A stretch of DNA of 64,000 bases from an uncultured delta proteobacterium (lineage in GTDB: Bacteria; Myxococcota_A; UBA9160; SMWR01). The notes below the pieces were generated by a model. It did not search any database, was not told where the DNA came from, and worked only from the letters and a program-made list of their open reading frames with translations. This document shows, piece after piece, positions 1 to 8,306 of the stretch. The first letter of the stretch is position 1. Each line of letters opens with the position of its first letter. The position numbers and the translations under genes were made by a program. Location: the NCBI GenBank assembly GCA_963832165.1, contig CAWHTE010000001.1, positions 480,001-544,000 of the forward strand, in the 5' to 3' direction.

Positions 1-412
1 TCGCGGCGCCCGATAGCAGGCCTGGGATGCCCGCCGCTTCGTGTCCCTCGAACAGCGCCGAATCCTCGGCCGCTGCGAAGACGCGCGCAGCGTCGCGCAG
101 CGCTTCGAGATCGACGCTCGCTGCGCCGCGATCGATCCGCTCGAGCTCCTGGCGCTCGAGCTCGAACGGGACCCGCAGCTCGATCAGCGGGCGCACGACG
201 CGCCGGCGGAACGACGCACCCGAGCTCTCGAAGCCCGCGATCGGTTCCACGCGTCCGAGATCGAGTGCGGAGTGTTCCCAGCCGAGTGGGCCCTCGAAAT
301 CGACGAGGCGGCGCGCTGCGAGGTGGAGGTGCAAGACCTCGCGCGCCTCTTGCTCGACGTGCGTCCACATGCCCTCGCTCATCGGCGCCAGCTCGCGGTT
401 GAGTCCAATCAT
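1..412 (-). CDS. Family 1 encapsulin nanocompartment shell protein (linocin M18 type), 3' part beyond window edge
   Basis: Not in the ORF track. ATG at 412 overlaps the upstream stop (ATGA). Manual translation MIGLNRELAPMSEGMWTHVEQEAREVLHLHLAARRLVDFEGPLGWEHSA...PLIELRVPFELERQELERIDRGA...AEDSALFEG matches the encapsulin N-terminus (RELAP..W, ARR.VD..GP.GW, ELRVPF.L). Confidence 0.93.
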   Translation of the reverse strand, partial: MIGLNRELAPMSEGMWTHVEQEAREVLHLHLAARRLVDFEGPLGWEHSALDLGRVEPIAGFESSGASFRRRVVRPLIELRVPFELERQELERIDRGAASVDLEALRDAARVFAAAEDSALFEGHEAAGIPGLLSGAA

Positions 413-789
413 TTCGCCTCCGTTGCCTGCGCGCGCAGTCCCCCGATTCGCAGCGACCCGTTTCCGGTGGGGTTGCGCGGCGTCTCCCGCTCGGCCGATC
501 CCTTCTCTTCGAGTGCGGCGATCGGGCCCGATTGGAACAGGAACCGGCGCAGGCTCTCGTCGAACTTCGGATCGCGGCGGCGGATCCACTCGAGCACCAT
601 GCATGCGTGCTCCTTCTCCTCGTCGCCGTTGTGCGCGAGCACTGCGGCGAGCTCTTCGTCGTCGCTCGCGTCGACCCGCTGTGCGTACCAGTCGACGGCC
701 TCGAGCTCCTCGATCAAGGAGCGGAGCGCGCGATGCATCTCGCGCGTTTCGGCCCGCAGCGTCTCGGCAGCTTCGTGAAACGGTGCCAC
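409..789 (-). CDS. Encapsulin-associated ferritin-like protein (EncFtn/Flp) with C-terminal cargo-loading peptide
   Basis: HRALRSLIEELEAVDWYAQR...HNGDEEKEHACMVLEWIRRRDP ferroxidase signature; C-terminal GSLRIGGLR targeting peptide. Start moved to GTG 789 because the ORF-track start (810) lies inside a sigma54 promoter. Confidence 0.93.
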   Translation of the reverse strand: MAPFHEAAETLRAETREMHRALRSLIEELEAVDWYAQRVDASDDEELAAVLAHNGDEEKEHACMVLEWIRRRDPKFDESLRRFLFQSGPIAALEEKGSAERETPRNPTGNGSLRIGGLRAQATEAK

Positions 790-801
790 ACGATTCAAGG
801 A

Positions 802-817
802 AGCAATCACCGTGCCG
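802..817 (-). promoter_or_regulatory. sigma54 -24/-12 promoter for ferritin-encapsulin operon
   Basis: CGGCAC-GGTGA-TTGCT on minus strand (consensus TGGCAC-N5-TTGCW). Confidence 0.75.
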
Positions 818-885
818 CGCCGCGCGCGCGCCTCGCTCCGTGAGAGAGCCCGGCCAGGGCACTTTGTACAAGGTTCGAGATCGGG

Positions 886-2238
886 TCAGATCCAGTACTT
901 GAGCGCGCCGGCGAGCTGCTGCAGGACGCGGTCGCGCAGCGGCCGCGCGGTCCATGTGTCGAGCGTCACTTCGCGCGCGGACGCGAGGTCGTTTCGGAAC
1001 ATGCGCTCCATCTCGGTGGCGAACGCACTGCCGACGATGATCGCATTGGCCTCGTCGTTGTGGATGAAGCTCCGATAGTCGAGGTTGCTCGAGCCCACGG
1101 TCGACCAGACTCCGTCGACCACTGCGGTCTTCGCGTGCAGCACCGGACCCTCGTACTCGAAGATCCGGACACCTGCCTCGAGCAGGCCCGCGTATTGATC
1201 GCGCGAGGCGTGCAGCAGGAGGCCGACGTCGCTGTTGGCCGGTACGAGGAGCCGTACGTCGCAGCCGCGCAGTGCCGCATTCGCGAGCACCTCGAGAAAC
1301 TCTGGATCGGGCGCGAAGTAGGCCTGTGTGATCCAGACGCGGCTCCTGCACTCGGAGATCGCCGCGAGGTAGCTCGCGTAGATTTCACTGCGATCGCGAT
1401 CGATGCGGATCGCACTGAGCAGCCGTGCGACCGGGTTCTTCACGAGGTCCGATAGATCCTGCCCCTCCTTGGCGACTGCGCGGACGAGCTCGCGGCCGCG
1501 CGTGCCGAGCGCGGGCCAGTACCGGCGGTCGTGGGGGATCGGTCGCACCTCCTGCTGCCAGTCTTCGAAGAACAGGCGCTGGAACTCCGCCGCGGCCGGG
1601 CCCGTGATCTGGATGTGCGTGTCGCGCCAGCCGTGTTTCATCGACCCCGAGGACGCGGATCGGCTGTAGGTGTCGCTGATCCCGATCCCGCCCGTAAATG
1701 CGACGCGGCCGTCGACGACGAGCAGCTTGCGGTGGTTGCGCTGTGAGATACGCCATAGAGCAGGCTCCTCGAGCGGATTGATCGACGCGTACTCGTGGAG
1801 CTCCACGCCGGCGGAATCGAGCGCTTCGCGAAACGCGGGCCCGACCCAGAAACCGCCGACGCCATCGAACATCACGCGCACGTGGACGCCCGCACGCGCG
1901 CGCTCGATCAATGCATCGCGGTAGCGGTGGCCGATCGCGTCGTCCTCGAAGATGTACGCGAGCAGATGAACGTGATGGCGTGCGCGTGCGATCGCTGCGA
2001 GCTGGGCTGCGTGGGTGGCGGGTCCATCCACGAGCAGCGACACGCGATTTCCGGCGATGAGCGGCCGCTGTGCGATCTGGCTCTCGACCTCGTTCAGCCG
2101 GCGCACGAATTGCTGCTGGCCTTCGCTCGGCGCTGCACGTCGCAGTGCGCGCTCGTCGATCGCGGATGTGCTCGCGGCGGAGAGCCCACTCGCGCCCAGA
2201 ATCGAGGCAAAGAGGAGCGAAGCGATTCGCAGTTCCAT
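886..2238 (-). CDS. Cardiolipin synthase (ClsB-like, phospholipase D family)
   Basis: Two HKD motifs (RNHRKLLVVDG, LHAKTAVVDG), GSSNLDYRS, N-terminal signal-like MELRIASLLFASILG. The ORF-track extension to 2841 overlaps other genes. Confidence 0.9.
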   Translation of the reverse strand: MELRIASLLFASILGASGLSAASTSAIDERALRRAAPSEGQQQFVRRLNEVESQIAQRPLIAGNRVSLLVDGPATHAAQLAAIARARHHVHLLAYIFEDDAIGHRYRDALIERARAGVHVRVMFDGVGGFWVGPAFREALDSAGVELHEYASINPLEEPALWRISQRNHRKLLVVDGRVAFTGGIGISDTYSRSASSGSMKHGWRDTHIQITGPAAAEFQRLFFEDWQQEVRPIPHDRRYWPALGTRGRELVRAVAKEGQDLSDLVKNPVARLLSAIRIDRDRSEIYASYLAAISECRSRVWITQAYFAPDPEFLEVLANAALRGCDVRLLVPANSDVGLLLHASRDQYAGLLEAGVRIFEYEGPVLHAKTAVVDGVWSTVGSSNLDYRSFIHNDEANAIIVGSAFATEMERMFRNDLASAREVTLDTWTARPLRDRVLQQLAGALKYWI

Positions 2239-2252
2239 TTCTGTCCTGCGCG

Positions 2253-2268
2253 AGCAATTCTCGTGCCG
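2253..2268 (-). promoter_or_regulatory. sigma54 promoter for cardiolipin synthase
   Basis: CGGCAC-GAGAA-TTGCT on minus strand. Confidence 0.7.
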
Positions 2269-2269
2269 C

Positions 2270-2285
2270 TGGCCTGGAACGTGCA
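2270..2285 (+). promoter_or_regulatory. Possible sigma54 promoter for Cys-rich secreted protein (back-to-back with 2253-2268)
   Basis: TGGCCT-GGAAC-GTGCA; GG-N10-GC spacing correct. Confidence 0.45.
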
Positions 2286-2311
2286 TGGTTCCCGAAGGGG
2301 AGGGCGACTCC

Positions 2312-2647
2312 ATGCCGGTGGCACAACGAACTCGCACCCTCGTGCAATTCCTGCTCGTGATCGGGGTCGTTTGCTTTGCCTCGGACGCGCGCGCCCAGCG
2401 CGCCCGCTGCCAGATCGACGCACTGGAGAAGTGGTACTGCGCCGAGGATCCGCTCGGCTCGGCGGTCGTGGACAAGCTCGGTCGCGTCGTGTGCGCGCCC
2501 GGCGCGTGCGTGAAGCACGAAGGCGAGGACGAGCACGACTGGATCTGCTCGTCGGAGCCGGGCGGCAAGGCCGTCACGTCCCCAGAAGGCCCGATCTGCG
2601 ACGGAGGATGTCGCTCGCCCGAGATGACCGAATGCAAGAGGGTCTGA
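2312..2647 (+). CDS. Small secreted cysteine-rich hypothetical protein
   Basis: GGGGAGGG RBS; signal peptide ending ASDARA; 8 Cys in the mature part. Confidence 0.75.
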   Translation: MPVAQRTRTLVQFLLVIGVVCFASDARAQRARCQIDALEKWYCAEDPLGSAVVDKLGRVVCAPGACVKHEGEDEHDWICSSEPGGKAVTSPEGPICDGGCRSPEMTECKRV

Positions 2648-2675
2648 GCGCATCGGGCGGCGAAACAGATCTCGT

Positions 2676-3836
2676 TCAGGGCGTAGCGCTGCCCGCGTCC
2701 GATGGTTCGAACATCTTCAACAGCTCCGACGGATTCACGGGCTTGACGACGTAGTCGTCGAACCCCGCGTCGAGCGCGCGCGCGCGCGCGTCCTTCTGGC
2801 TCCAGCCCGTCACGGCGACCAGCACGGTCTTCGTGCCCCACGTGCGCTGTCTCAGCTGGGTGGCCACGTCGAAGCCGGTCATCGTCGGCAGACTCACGTC
2901 GAGCGCGATTGCATGGGGCTGGAATTCTTCTGCGATCTCCATCGCCTCGGGGCCGTCGTACGCGGTTCGCACCTCGTTGCCCATCGCGGTGAGCGCCATC
3001 GCGAGGCTGTTCGCGAGGTCGCGATTGTCGTCGACCACGAGAATCCGCCTCGTAGCAGATGCCTCGGCCCGATTGCCGGACGTCGCTCGGCGCCGTCGCG
3101 CGGGCCTCTTCGTCACGGGGATCCGCACCACGAACTCGCTTCCACTCCCGGGTCCATCGCTTCGCGCTTCCACCGTTCCTCCGTGCAGCTGTACGATTTC
3201 CTTGACGAGTGCGAGACCGATCCCGAGTTCGTGTCGTGATTGCTCCGGATCCGTTTGCGTGAACAATTCGAAGACGTGCGAGATCATCTCGGGCGCGATG
3301 CCGATGCCGTTGTCGCGGACCCGGATGACGGCATCGTCGCCCTGCCGCTCCGAAGAGAACCAGATCCGTCCGCCGCGCTCGGTGTACCTGGCGGCGTTGT
3401 GAAGCAGGTTGGCGAGCGCCTGGGCGAGCCGGTCGCGATCCGCGTCGAGATAGAGCGGATCGGGCGACTCGGACAGGGTGAGCTCATGCCCGTGCTGCTC
3501 GATCAGCGTGCGGCTCGCTTCGAGCCCATCGTGTAAGACGTCGTGGAGCTTCACCCGGCTTCTGCGCAGCTCCAGGTCGTTGCGCGCGATCCGAGCGAGG
3601 TCGAGCAGATCGTCGACGAGCTGGACCATCTGCCGGGTCTGCCGATGGATGAGATCCACCGAGGGCTTCGCCTCGGGCCAGACCGCGCTCTGAATCGTGA
3701 GCGCCTCGACGGCGTTGGAGATCGGCGACAGCCGGTTCCGCAGCTCGTGGGCCAGAATCCCGAGGAAGTCGGACGAATCGACAATTGCGGCGAGGCGCGC
3801 CTGGGATTCCGTGGGCTCCGATCCCCGCTTCGACAC
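2676..3836 (-). CDS. Hybrid sensor histidine kinase/response regulator (HisKA-HATPase-REC), sensor domain apparently deleted
   Basis: LAHELRN H-box, NLLHNAARY N-box, DNGIGI G1, C-terminal receiver RILVVDDN...LDVSLP...KPV; GTG start after GAGG. Confidence 0.85.
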   Translation of the reverse strand: MSKRGSEPTESQARLAAIVDSSDFLGILAHELRNRLSPISNAVEALTIQSAVWPEAKPSVDLIHRQTRQMVQLVDDLLDLARIARNDLELRRSRVKLHDVLHDGLEASRTLIEQHGHELTLSESPDPLYLDADRDRLAQALANLLHNAARYTERGGRIWFSSERQGDDAVIRVRDNGIGIAPEMISHVFELFTQTDPEQSRHELGIGLALVKEIVQLHGGTVEARSDGPGSGSEFVVRIPVTKRPARRRRATSGNRAEASATRRILVVDDNRDLANSLAMALTAMGNEVRTAYDGPEAMEIAEEFQPHAIALDVSLPTMTGFDVATQLRQRTWGTKTVLVAVTGWSQKDARARALDAGFDDYVVKPVNPSELLKMFEPSDAGSATP

Positions 3837-3931
3837 GAGGCACCTCAGCCCCCGATTCGCCCCGAAAATAGATTCTGCGCCGGAACGATTCAACGCTGGA
3901 GGTGGGAAGTAGCCCCCCACGGGGTCAGCGG

Positions 3932-4270
3932 TTAGCTGGGTCGCGGGACCCGAGCGCTCGAGGGCGCCCGCGCGCGCGAATCGCCCGACTGGCCCGACTG
4001 CTCCTCCTCGTGGGGTGCCACGTAGTCGCGCGCGCGCTTCGCCTGCTCGCCGAGGCGTTCGCGCATCTCGGCGCCGCGGCGCGGCGTGAGCAGCAGCGCG
4101 AGTCCACTGCCCACGGCGAGTCCCAAGCCGACCCATCCCGCGCGTGCTGCGTTGCGGGCTGCGGCCGACGGACGGCGTTCGAGACCGAGGCGGTAGAGCA
4201 CTTCGTACGGAGACGGAGCGCGGCTAGCTGCCAGGCTGGCCAGATTGGCCAAATTGGAGATCGTGGTCAT
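3932..4270 (-). CDS. YtxH-domain (general stress) membrane protein
   Basis: GLAVGSGLALLLTPRRGAEMRERL is the YtxH signature; GGAGG upstream of ATG 4270. Confidence 0.8.
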   Translation of the reverse strand: MTTISNLANLASLAASRAPSPYEVLYRLGLERRPSAAARNAARAGWVGLGLAVGSGLALLLTPRRGAEMRERLGEQAKRARDYVAPHEEEQSGQSGDSRARAPSSARVPRPS

Positions 4271-4539
4271 GATGGTATCCCTCCGGTTCCTTTGGTTGTG
4301 AGCCAGTTCATGGCGGCCCGTGAGCCGACCTGAATCAAGAGACCGATCGCGGGGCGCGTCAAACCTCCGCCCAACGCGAAACCGATGCCAGCTGCCGTGG
4401 CCACCGCGGCGAGCGGCTGATCCGCGACGATCGCTTCGATCTGCGCGCGCATCTTCTCGAGATCCGAACGCAGCGTTCTCGGCGCCGCCTCCGTCGTTCG
4501 AGAGGCGGGGCGATCCCGCGTCGGTGCCGCTGTGGTCAT
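4267..4539 (-). CDS. DUF883/ElaB/YqjD-like tail-anchored small membrane protein
   Basis: IVADQPLAAVATAAGIGFALGG C-terminal motif; overlapping start/stop with neighbours. Confidence 0.65.
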   Translation of the reverse strand: MTTAAPTRDRPASRTTEAAPRTLRSDLEKMRAQIEAIVADQPLAAVATAAGIGFALGGGLTRPAIGLLIQVGSRAAMNWLTTKGTGGIPS

Positions 4540-4694
4540 GCACTCGACTCCCCCCGGACCGCCTTCGCGATCGCGAATCCCAGAAGGAGCGCTCCGAGCA
4601 CCACGGGCAGCGGGTGCGCGCGGATGAACTCGCGCAGGCGCTCCTCCTGCTCGGCCACCAGGTCCACACGGGTTGCGCTTTGCGAATCCATCAT
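4536..4694 (-). CDS. DUF883-like small membrane protein
   Basis: LREFIRAHPLPVVLGALLLGFAIA motif; translationally coupled. Confidence 0.6.
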   Translation of the reverse strand: MMDSQSATRVDLVAEQEERLREFIRAHPLPVVLGALLLGFAIAKAVRGESSA

Positions 4695-4936
4695 CGCGTT
4701 CGTCCCCGCGTTCGTCCTGCCCGCGTTCGTGCGGCTCGCGTTCGTCCCGCCAGCCATACACCCACGAGGAACGCGCCGCCCGTCCACAGGAATGGCCGAG
4801 ATCGGATCCAGTGCTGCGCATCGATCGTGCGCCGCGCCGCGACCTCGAGCTCCTCCATCGATTCGCGGAGCTCCTCCTCCTGCTCTTCCACTCGCTCTCG
4901 CAGCGCATCGAGCCGTTGTTCCGATGACACGCTCAT
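4691..4936 (-). CDS. Small coiled-coil/tail-anchored membrane protein (DUF3618/YqjK-like)
   Basis: Coiled coil then WIRSRPFLWTGGAFLVGVWL; coupled to flanking genes. Confidence 0.6.
   Translation of the reverse strand: MSVSSEQRLDALRERVEEQEEELRESMEELEVAARRTIDAQHWIRSRPFLWTGGAFLVGVWLAGRTRAARTRAGRTRGRTR
4695..4745. repeat. Four copies of CGCGTTCGT (4695, 4707, 4722, 4737) encoding RTR repeats
   Basis: Directly visible; 12-15 bp period. Confidence 0.7.
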
Positions 4937-5286
4937 CACTCCATGCTCCCCGGGGTTCGCCCCCGCCAGGCCTTCATGATCGCCACGCCGACCCCGACGT
5001 GGATCAGGCCGGCGGCGATCTCGACCGCAGAACGCGCGACGTAGTCGTCGAGCACGTCGATCGCGCCCACGACTGCGATGACCCAGCCCAGGAGCGCCAG
5101 AGCGCCTCCCAAGATCACGCGCCCGGAGCTCGCGAGGAGACTCGCAGCCTGCGCGCTGAACTCCTCCACGAGCAGGTCCAAGCGGCGAACGATCAACGTC
5201 TGTCCGGCATCGACGACGCGCTCGAGGGCGTCTCCGAGGCTCGGATCTCGTGCGATCGAAACGTGCGCGTCGGACAGACTCGACAT
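4936..5286 (-). CDS. YqjE-like phage-holin-family membrane protein
   Basis: PSLGDALERVV...LIVRRLDLLVEE followed by two TM helices; GGAG RBS; first gene of the small-membrane-protein operon. Confidence 0.7.
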   Translation of the reverse strand: MSSLSDAHVSIARDPSLGDALERVVDAGQTLIVRRLDLLVEEFSAQAASLLASSGRVILGGALALLGWVIAVVGAIDVLDDYVARSAVEIAAGLIHVGVGVAIMKAWRGRTPGSME

Positions 5287-5334
5287 GCGTGCGTTCTCCG
5301 TCGGAAATCACGTCATTGAAGTGAAAGGTTGCAG

Positions 5335-5350
5335 TGCAAGGCGGGTGCCA
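5335..5350 (-). promoter_or_regulatory. sigma54 promoter for yqjE-like/DUF883/ytxH operon
   Basis: TGGCAC-CCGCC-TTGCA, perfect consensus. Confidence 0.85.
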
Positions 5351-5478
5351 ATGGCATACCGCGCGTGGCGAGAGCGGCGCATCGTTCGGTTGCAAGAATT
5401 ACGACGGCATCGCAAGGCTTGCAATCGAAACGACCCCAGAAACGCCGCGGCCCGCTCGCTAGGAGGTGTCGCGGTGCT

Positions 5479-5494
5479 TGGCATGGTCCGTGCT
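5479..5494 (+). promoter_or_regulatory. sigma54 promoter for DUF1328-BON-activator operon
   Basis: TGGCAT-GGTCC-GTGCT, GG-N10-GC. Confidence 0.65.
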
Positions 5495-5520
5495 TAACCA
5501 CCGCGCAGGAGGAAATCGCG

Positions 5521-5694
5521 ATGCTTCAATGGGCGCTGACTTTCTTCGTCTTGGCGGTGATCGCCGGACTCGTGGGACTCACGGGCCTAGCAGGTACCGC
5601 GGCGAACATTGCGTGGATTCTGTTCGTCGCGTTCCTGGTTCTGATGATCGTCGCCGCGGTCGCGAACGCAGTCCGCGGGCAACCACCCGTTTGA
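5521..5694 (+). CDS. DUF1328 / UPF0391 (YtjA-like) small membrane protein
   Basis: MLQWALTFFVLAVIAGLVGLTGLAGTAANIAWILF; AGGAGG RBS. Confidence 0.9.
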   Translation: MLQWALTFFVLAVIAGLVGLTGLAGTAANIAWILFVAFLVLMIVAAVANAVRGQPPV

Positions 5695-5783
5695 CGGACG
5701 AGCCTCGCTGACCAACGCAGAAGTTCTGACCGAATAGCTGGGGGAACCGTCCGCGGTTCCCCCAGCATACGAATGGAGAACGC

Positions 5784-6842
5784 ATGAGGAAGAATGTCTC
5801 GAAGAGTGTATTTGCGAAGAGTTGGATCGCGGCGTCCGCGCTGTTGATTGGCGCACCGGCGCTCGCGGACCAGCCGCAAGACGCCTTCATCACGACGAAG
5901 GTGAAGATGGAGCTGCTCACGGCTGACGGCGTGGAGCCGCTGCGCATCAACGTGGATACGCTGGACGGCGTCGTGACGATGCATGGCCAGGTCGAATCCG
6001 CCGCAGCGAAGTCGACGGCGGCGGCCGAGGCCAAGGGAGTGAAGGGCGTGCGCGAGGTCCGCAACCTGCTGGCCGTGGTGCCGAGTGCGGCGAAGGCCAA
6101 GGTCGCGGCGTCGGACGACCAGATCCAGGAGAAGGTGAAGACGGTCCTCGAGAACGACCGTGCACTCACGCAGAGCTCGATCAAGGTGAAGTCGGTCAAC
6201 AACGGAACCGTGGTCCTCTCAGGTAAGGCGGACACACTGTCGTCGCATCAGCGCGCTCTGATCGACGCCCGCAGCGTCGACGGCGTCCGGAAGGTCGCCA
6301 GCGAGATCCAGAGTCCCGACAAGCTCGGCGACAAGGAGCTGTGGAGCGACGAGCCCGCGCGCGCGGGCACTGCGAACAGCGCATCCGATGCCTGGGTGAC
6401 CACCAAGGTGAAGATTCGGTTGATCGGCGAGCCCGGAGGGCTCTCCCCGCTCAAGATCAACGTCGACACGCGAGACGGCATCGTCACGCTATTCGGCATC
6501 GTGAACGCCGAAGCAGACAAGAAGACCGCCGAACAGCAGGCGATGAAGGTCGAGGGCGTGAAGGGCATCCAGAACGAGCTCGAGGTGGTTCCGGAGGTCG
6601 CCGCAAATCGTGTGGATGCGCGCGACGAGCAGGTGCTCGATGCGGTCAAGAAGCAGATCAAAGGACGCGAAGCGCTCAAGGACGACAACATCGACGTCGA
6701 GGTGAAGAACGGCGTCGTGCGCCTCACCGGTACCGTGGACGGATTCGGTGAACGGATGACGGCGCTCACCGTGGCGCGCTCGACTGACGGTGTGAAGTCG
6801 GTGATCGACGACCTGCAGATCGAGCAGAAGAAGGGCGGATGA
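5784..6842 (+). CDS. Secreted 4xBON-domain protein (OsmY-like)
   Basis: Signal peptide (APALA); repeats DAFITTKVK...INVDTLDGVVTMHG / DAWVTTKVK...INVDTRDGIVTLFG; IDVEVKNGVVRLTG. Confidence 0.9.
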   Translation: MRKNVSKSVFAKSWIAASALLIGAPALADQPQDAFITTKVKMELLTADGVEPLRINVDTLDGVVTMHGQVESAAAKSTAAAEAKGVKGVREVRNLLAVVPSAAKAKVAASDDQIQEKVKTVLENDRALTQSSIKVKSVNNGTVVLSGKADTLSSHQRALIDARSVDGVRKVASEIQSPDKLGDKELWSDEPARAGTANSASDAWVTTKVKIRLIGEPGGLSPLKINVDTRDGIVTLFGIVNAEADKKTAEQQAMKVEGVKGIQNELEVVPEVAANRVDARDEQVLDAVKKQIKGREALKDDNIDVEVKNGVVRLTGTVDGFGERMTALTVARSTDGVKSVIDDLQIEQKKGG

Positions 6843-8290
6843 ATCCCGTTCGTACCATTCCTCGTCGGGCGTCGAGCGAAGACGCACACAGCGGAGCCGA
6901 ACTCGAGCTCGACTCCAAGCTCCTTGCTCTGATCGTCGATGACGACGAGGACTTCCGTTCGAGTGTGGCGTCCCTGGCGAGGCGGGAAGGGTTCGAGACC
7001 CGCCTCGCCGGGTCGCTCGAGGAGGCGCGGAAGAGCATCCTCGATGCAGCGCCCGATCTCGTGCTCGTCGACCTGAGCCTGCCAGACGGTCACGGTCTCG
7101 ACCTGCTGGCAGAGGGAGCTCCGGCTTCCGACACCGAATTCGTGGTGGTCACGGGCAACGCGACCGTCGAGACCGCGATCCGCGCGATCCGCGAGGGCGC
7201 GATCGACTATCTCACCAAGCCATTCGATCCGACACGCCTGACGGGCGTGCTCGCGAACGTGGCGCGCACGCGCGGCCTCAAGCGCGAGCTCAACGGGCTG
7301 CGCTGGCAGCTGCGACGCCTGGGCCGGTTCGGAAAGCTCGTCGGCTCCTCCGAGCCGATGCAGGGGGTCTACAACCTGATCGCGCGCGTGGCCCCGACCA
7401 ACGCCACCGTGCTCGTGGTCGGCGAGAGCGGCACGGGCAAGGAGCTCGTCGCCGAGACGCTGCATGAGCTGTCCCGGCGCAAGGATCATCCGCTCTTCGC
7501 GGTCAATTGCGGCGCTGTGTCGCCGAGTCTGATCGAGAGCGAGCTGTTCGGCCACGAGAAGGGCAGCTTCACGAGCGCGGACCGCAAGCACATCGGCTAT
7601 TTCGAGCGCGCCAAGGGCGGCACGTTGCTCCTCGACGAGATCACCGAGATGAGTCCGGAGCTCCAGGTGAAGCTCTTGCGCGTACTCGAATCGGGGCACT
7701 TCATGCGCGTCGGCGGAAACGACCCGATCACGGCCGACGTCCGGATCATCGCCGCGACGAACCGCGACCCGGTCGAGGCGGTCAAGAGCGGAGCGCTGCG
7801 CGAGGATCTCTACTACCGGCTCAACGTGTTTGCGATCTCGCTACCGCCGCTGCGCGAGCGCGGCGCGGACATCCCGCTGCTCGCCCAGCACTTCCTGGAC
7901 GAGCTGAACACCGCGGAGGAGACGCAGAAGCGCTGGACCCCGCAGGCGCTGAACGCGATCTCACAGCGCGCGTGGCGCGGCAACGTGCGCGAGCTGCGCA
8001 ACGCGGTCCACCAGGCCTTCATCCTCGCCGATCGCGAGATCAGCGAGGACGTCGTGCAGGAATGCGAGCCGATCCGAAGCGAGCGCGCGATCACCACCCA
8101 CGAAGGGGGAACGCTCGAGGTCTCCGTGGGAACGCAGATCGCTGCGGTCGAGAAGCAGCTGATCCTGGCGACGCTCGATCGTTTCGAAGGAGACAAGCGC
8201 AAGGCCGCCCGCACGCTCGGGATCAGCTTGAAGACGCTCTACAACCGGCTCGCGGTGTATCGCGCCGAGAACGACGGCGAACCGGTTTGA
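6839..8290 (+). CDS. sigma54-dependent response regulator (REC-AAA+-Fis HTH, NtrC family), copy 1
   Basis: GESGTGKE Walker A, ESELFGHEKGSFTSA, LLLDEI Walker B, WRGNVREL, LGISLKTLYNRL. Confidence 0.95.
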   Translation: MNPVRTIPRRASSEDAHSGAELELDSKLLALIVDDDEDFRSSVASLARREGFETRLAGSLEEARKSILDAAPDLVLVDLSLPDGHGLDLLAEGAPASDTEFVVVTGNATVETAIRAIREGAIDYLTKPFDPTRLTGVLANVARTRGLKRELNGLRWQLRRLGRFGKLVGSSEPMQGVYNLIARVAPTNATVLVVGESGTGKELVAETLHELSRRKDHPLFAVNCGAVSPSLIESELFGHEKGSFTSADRKHIGYFERAKGGTLLLDEITEMSPELQVKLLRVLESGHFMRVGGNDPITADVRIIAATNRDPVEAVKSGALREDLYYRLNVFAISLPPLRERGADIPLLAQHFLDELNTAEETQKRWTPQALNAISQRAWRGNVRELRNAVHQAFILADREISEDVVQECEPIRSERAITTHEGGTLEVSVGTQIAAVEKQLILATLDRFEGDKRKAARTLGISLKTLYNRLAVYRAENDGEPV

Positions 8291-8306
8291 CAGGTGCGTT
8301 CGGGTG

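Noticed and set aside
4695..4745. CGCGTTCGT repeats as a mini-CRISPR or iteron array
   Set aside because: Only 9-bp units with 3-6 bp spacers, inside a coding tail (RTR repeats); no cas or rep genes.
4936..5286. Holin as evidence of a prophage; encapsulin as a phage capsid
   Set aside because: Context is YqjE-like stress genes and ferritin cargo; no phage structural, terminase or integrase genes.
5352..5367. TGGCATACCGCGCGTG as an additional plus-strand sigma54 promoter
   Set aside because: The -12 position is GT, not GC, at the required spacing.
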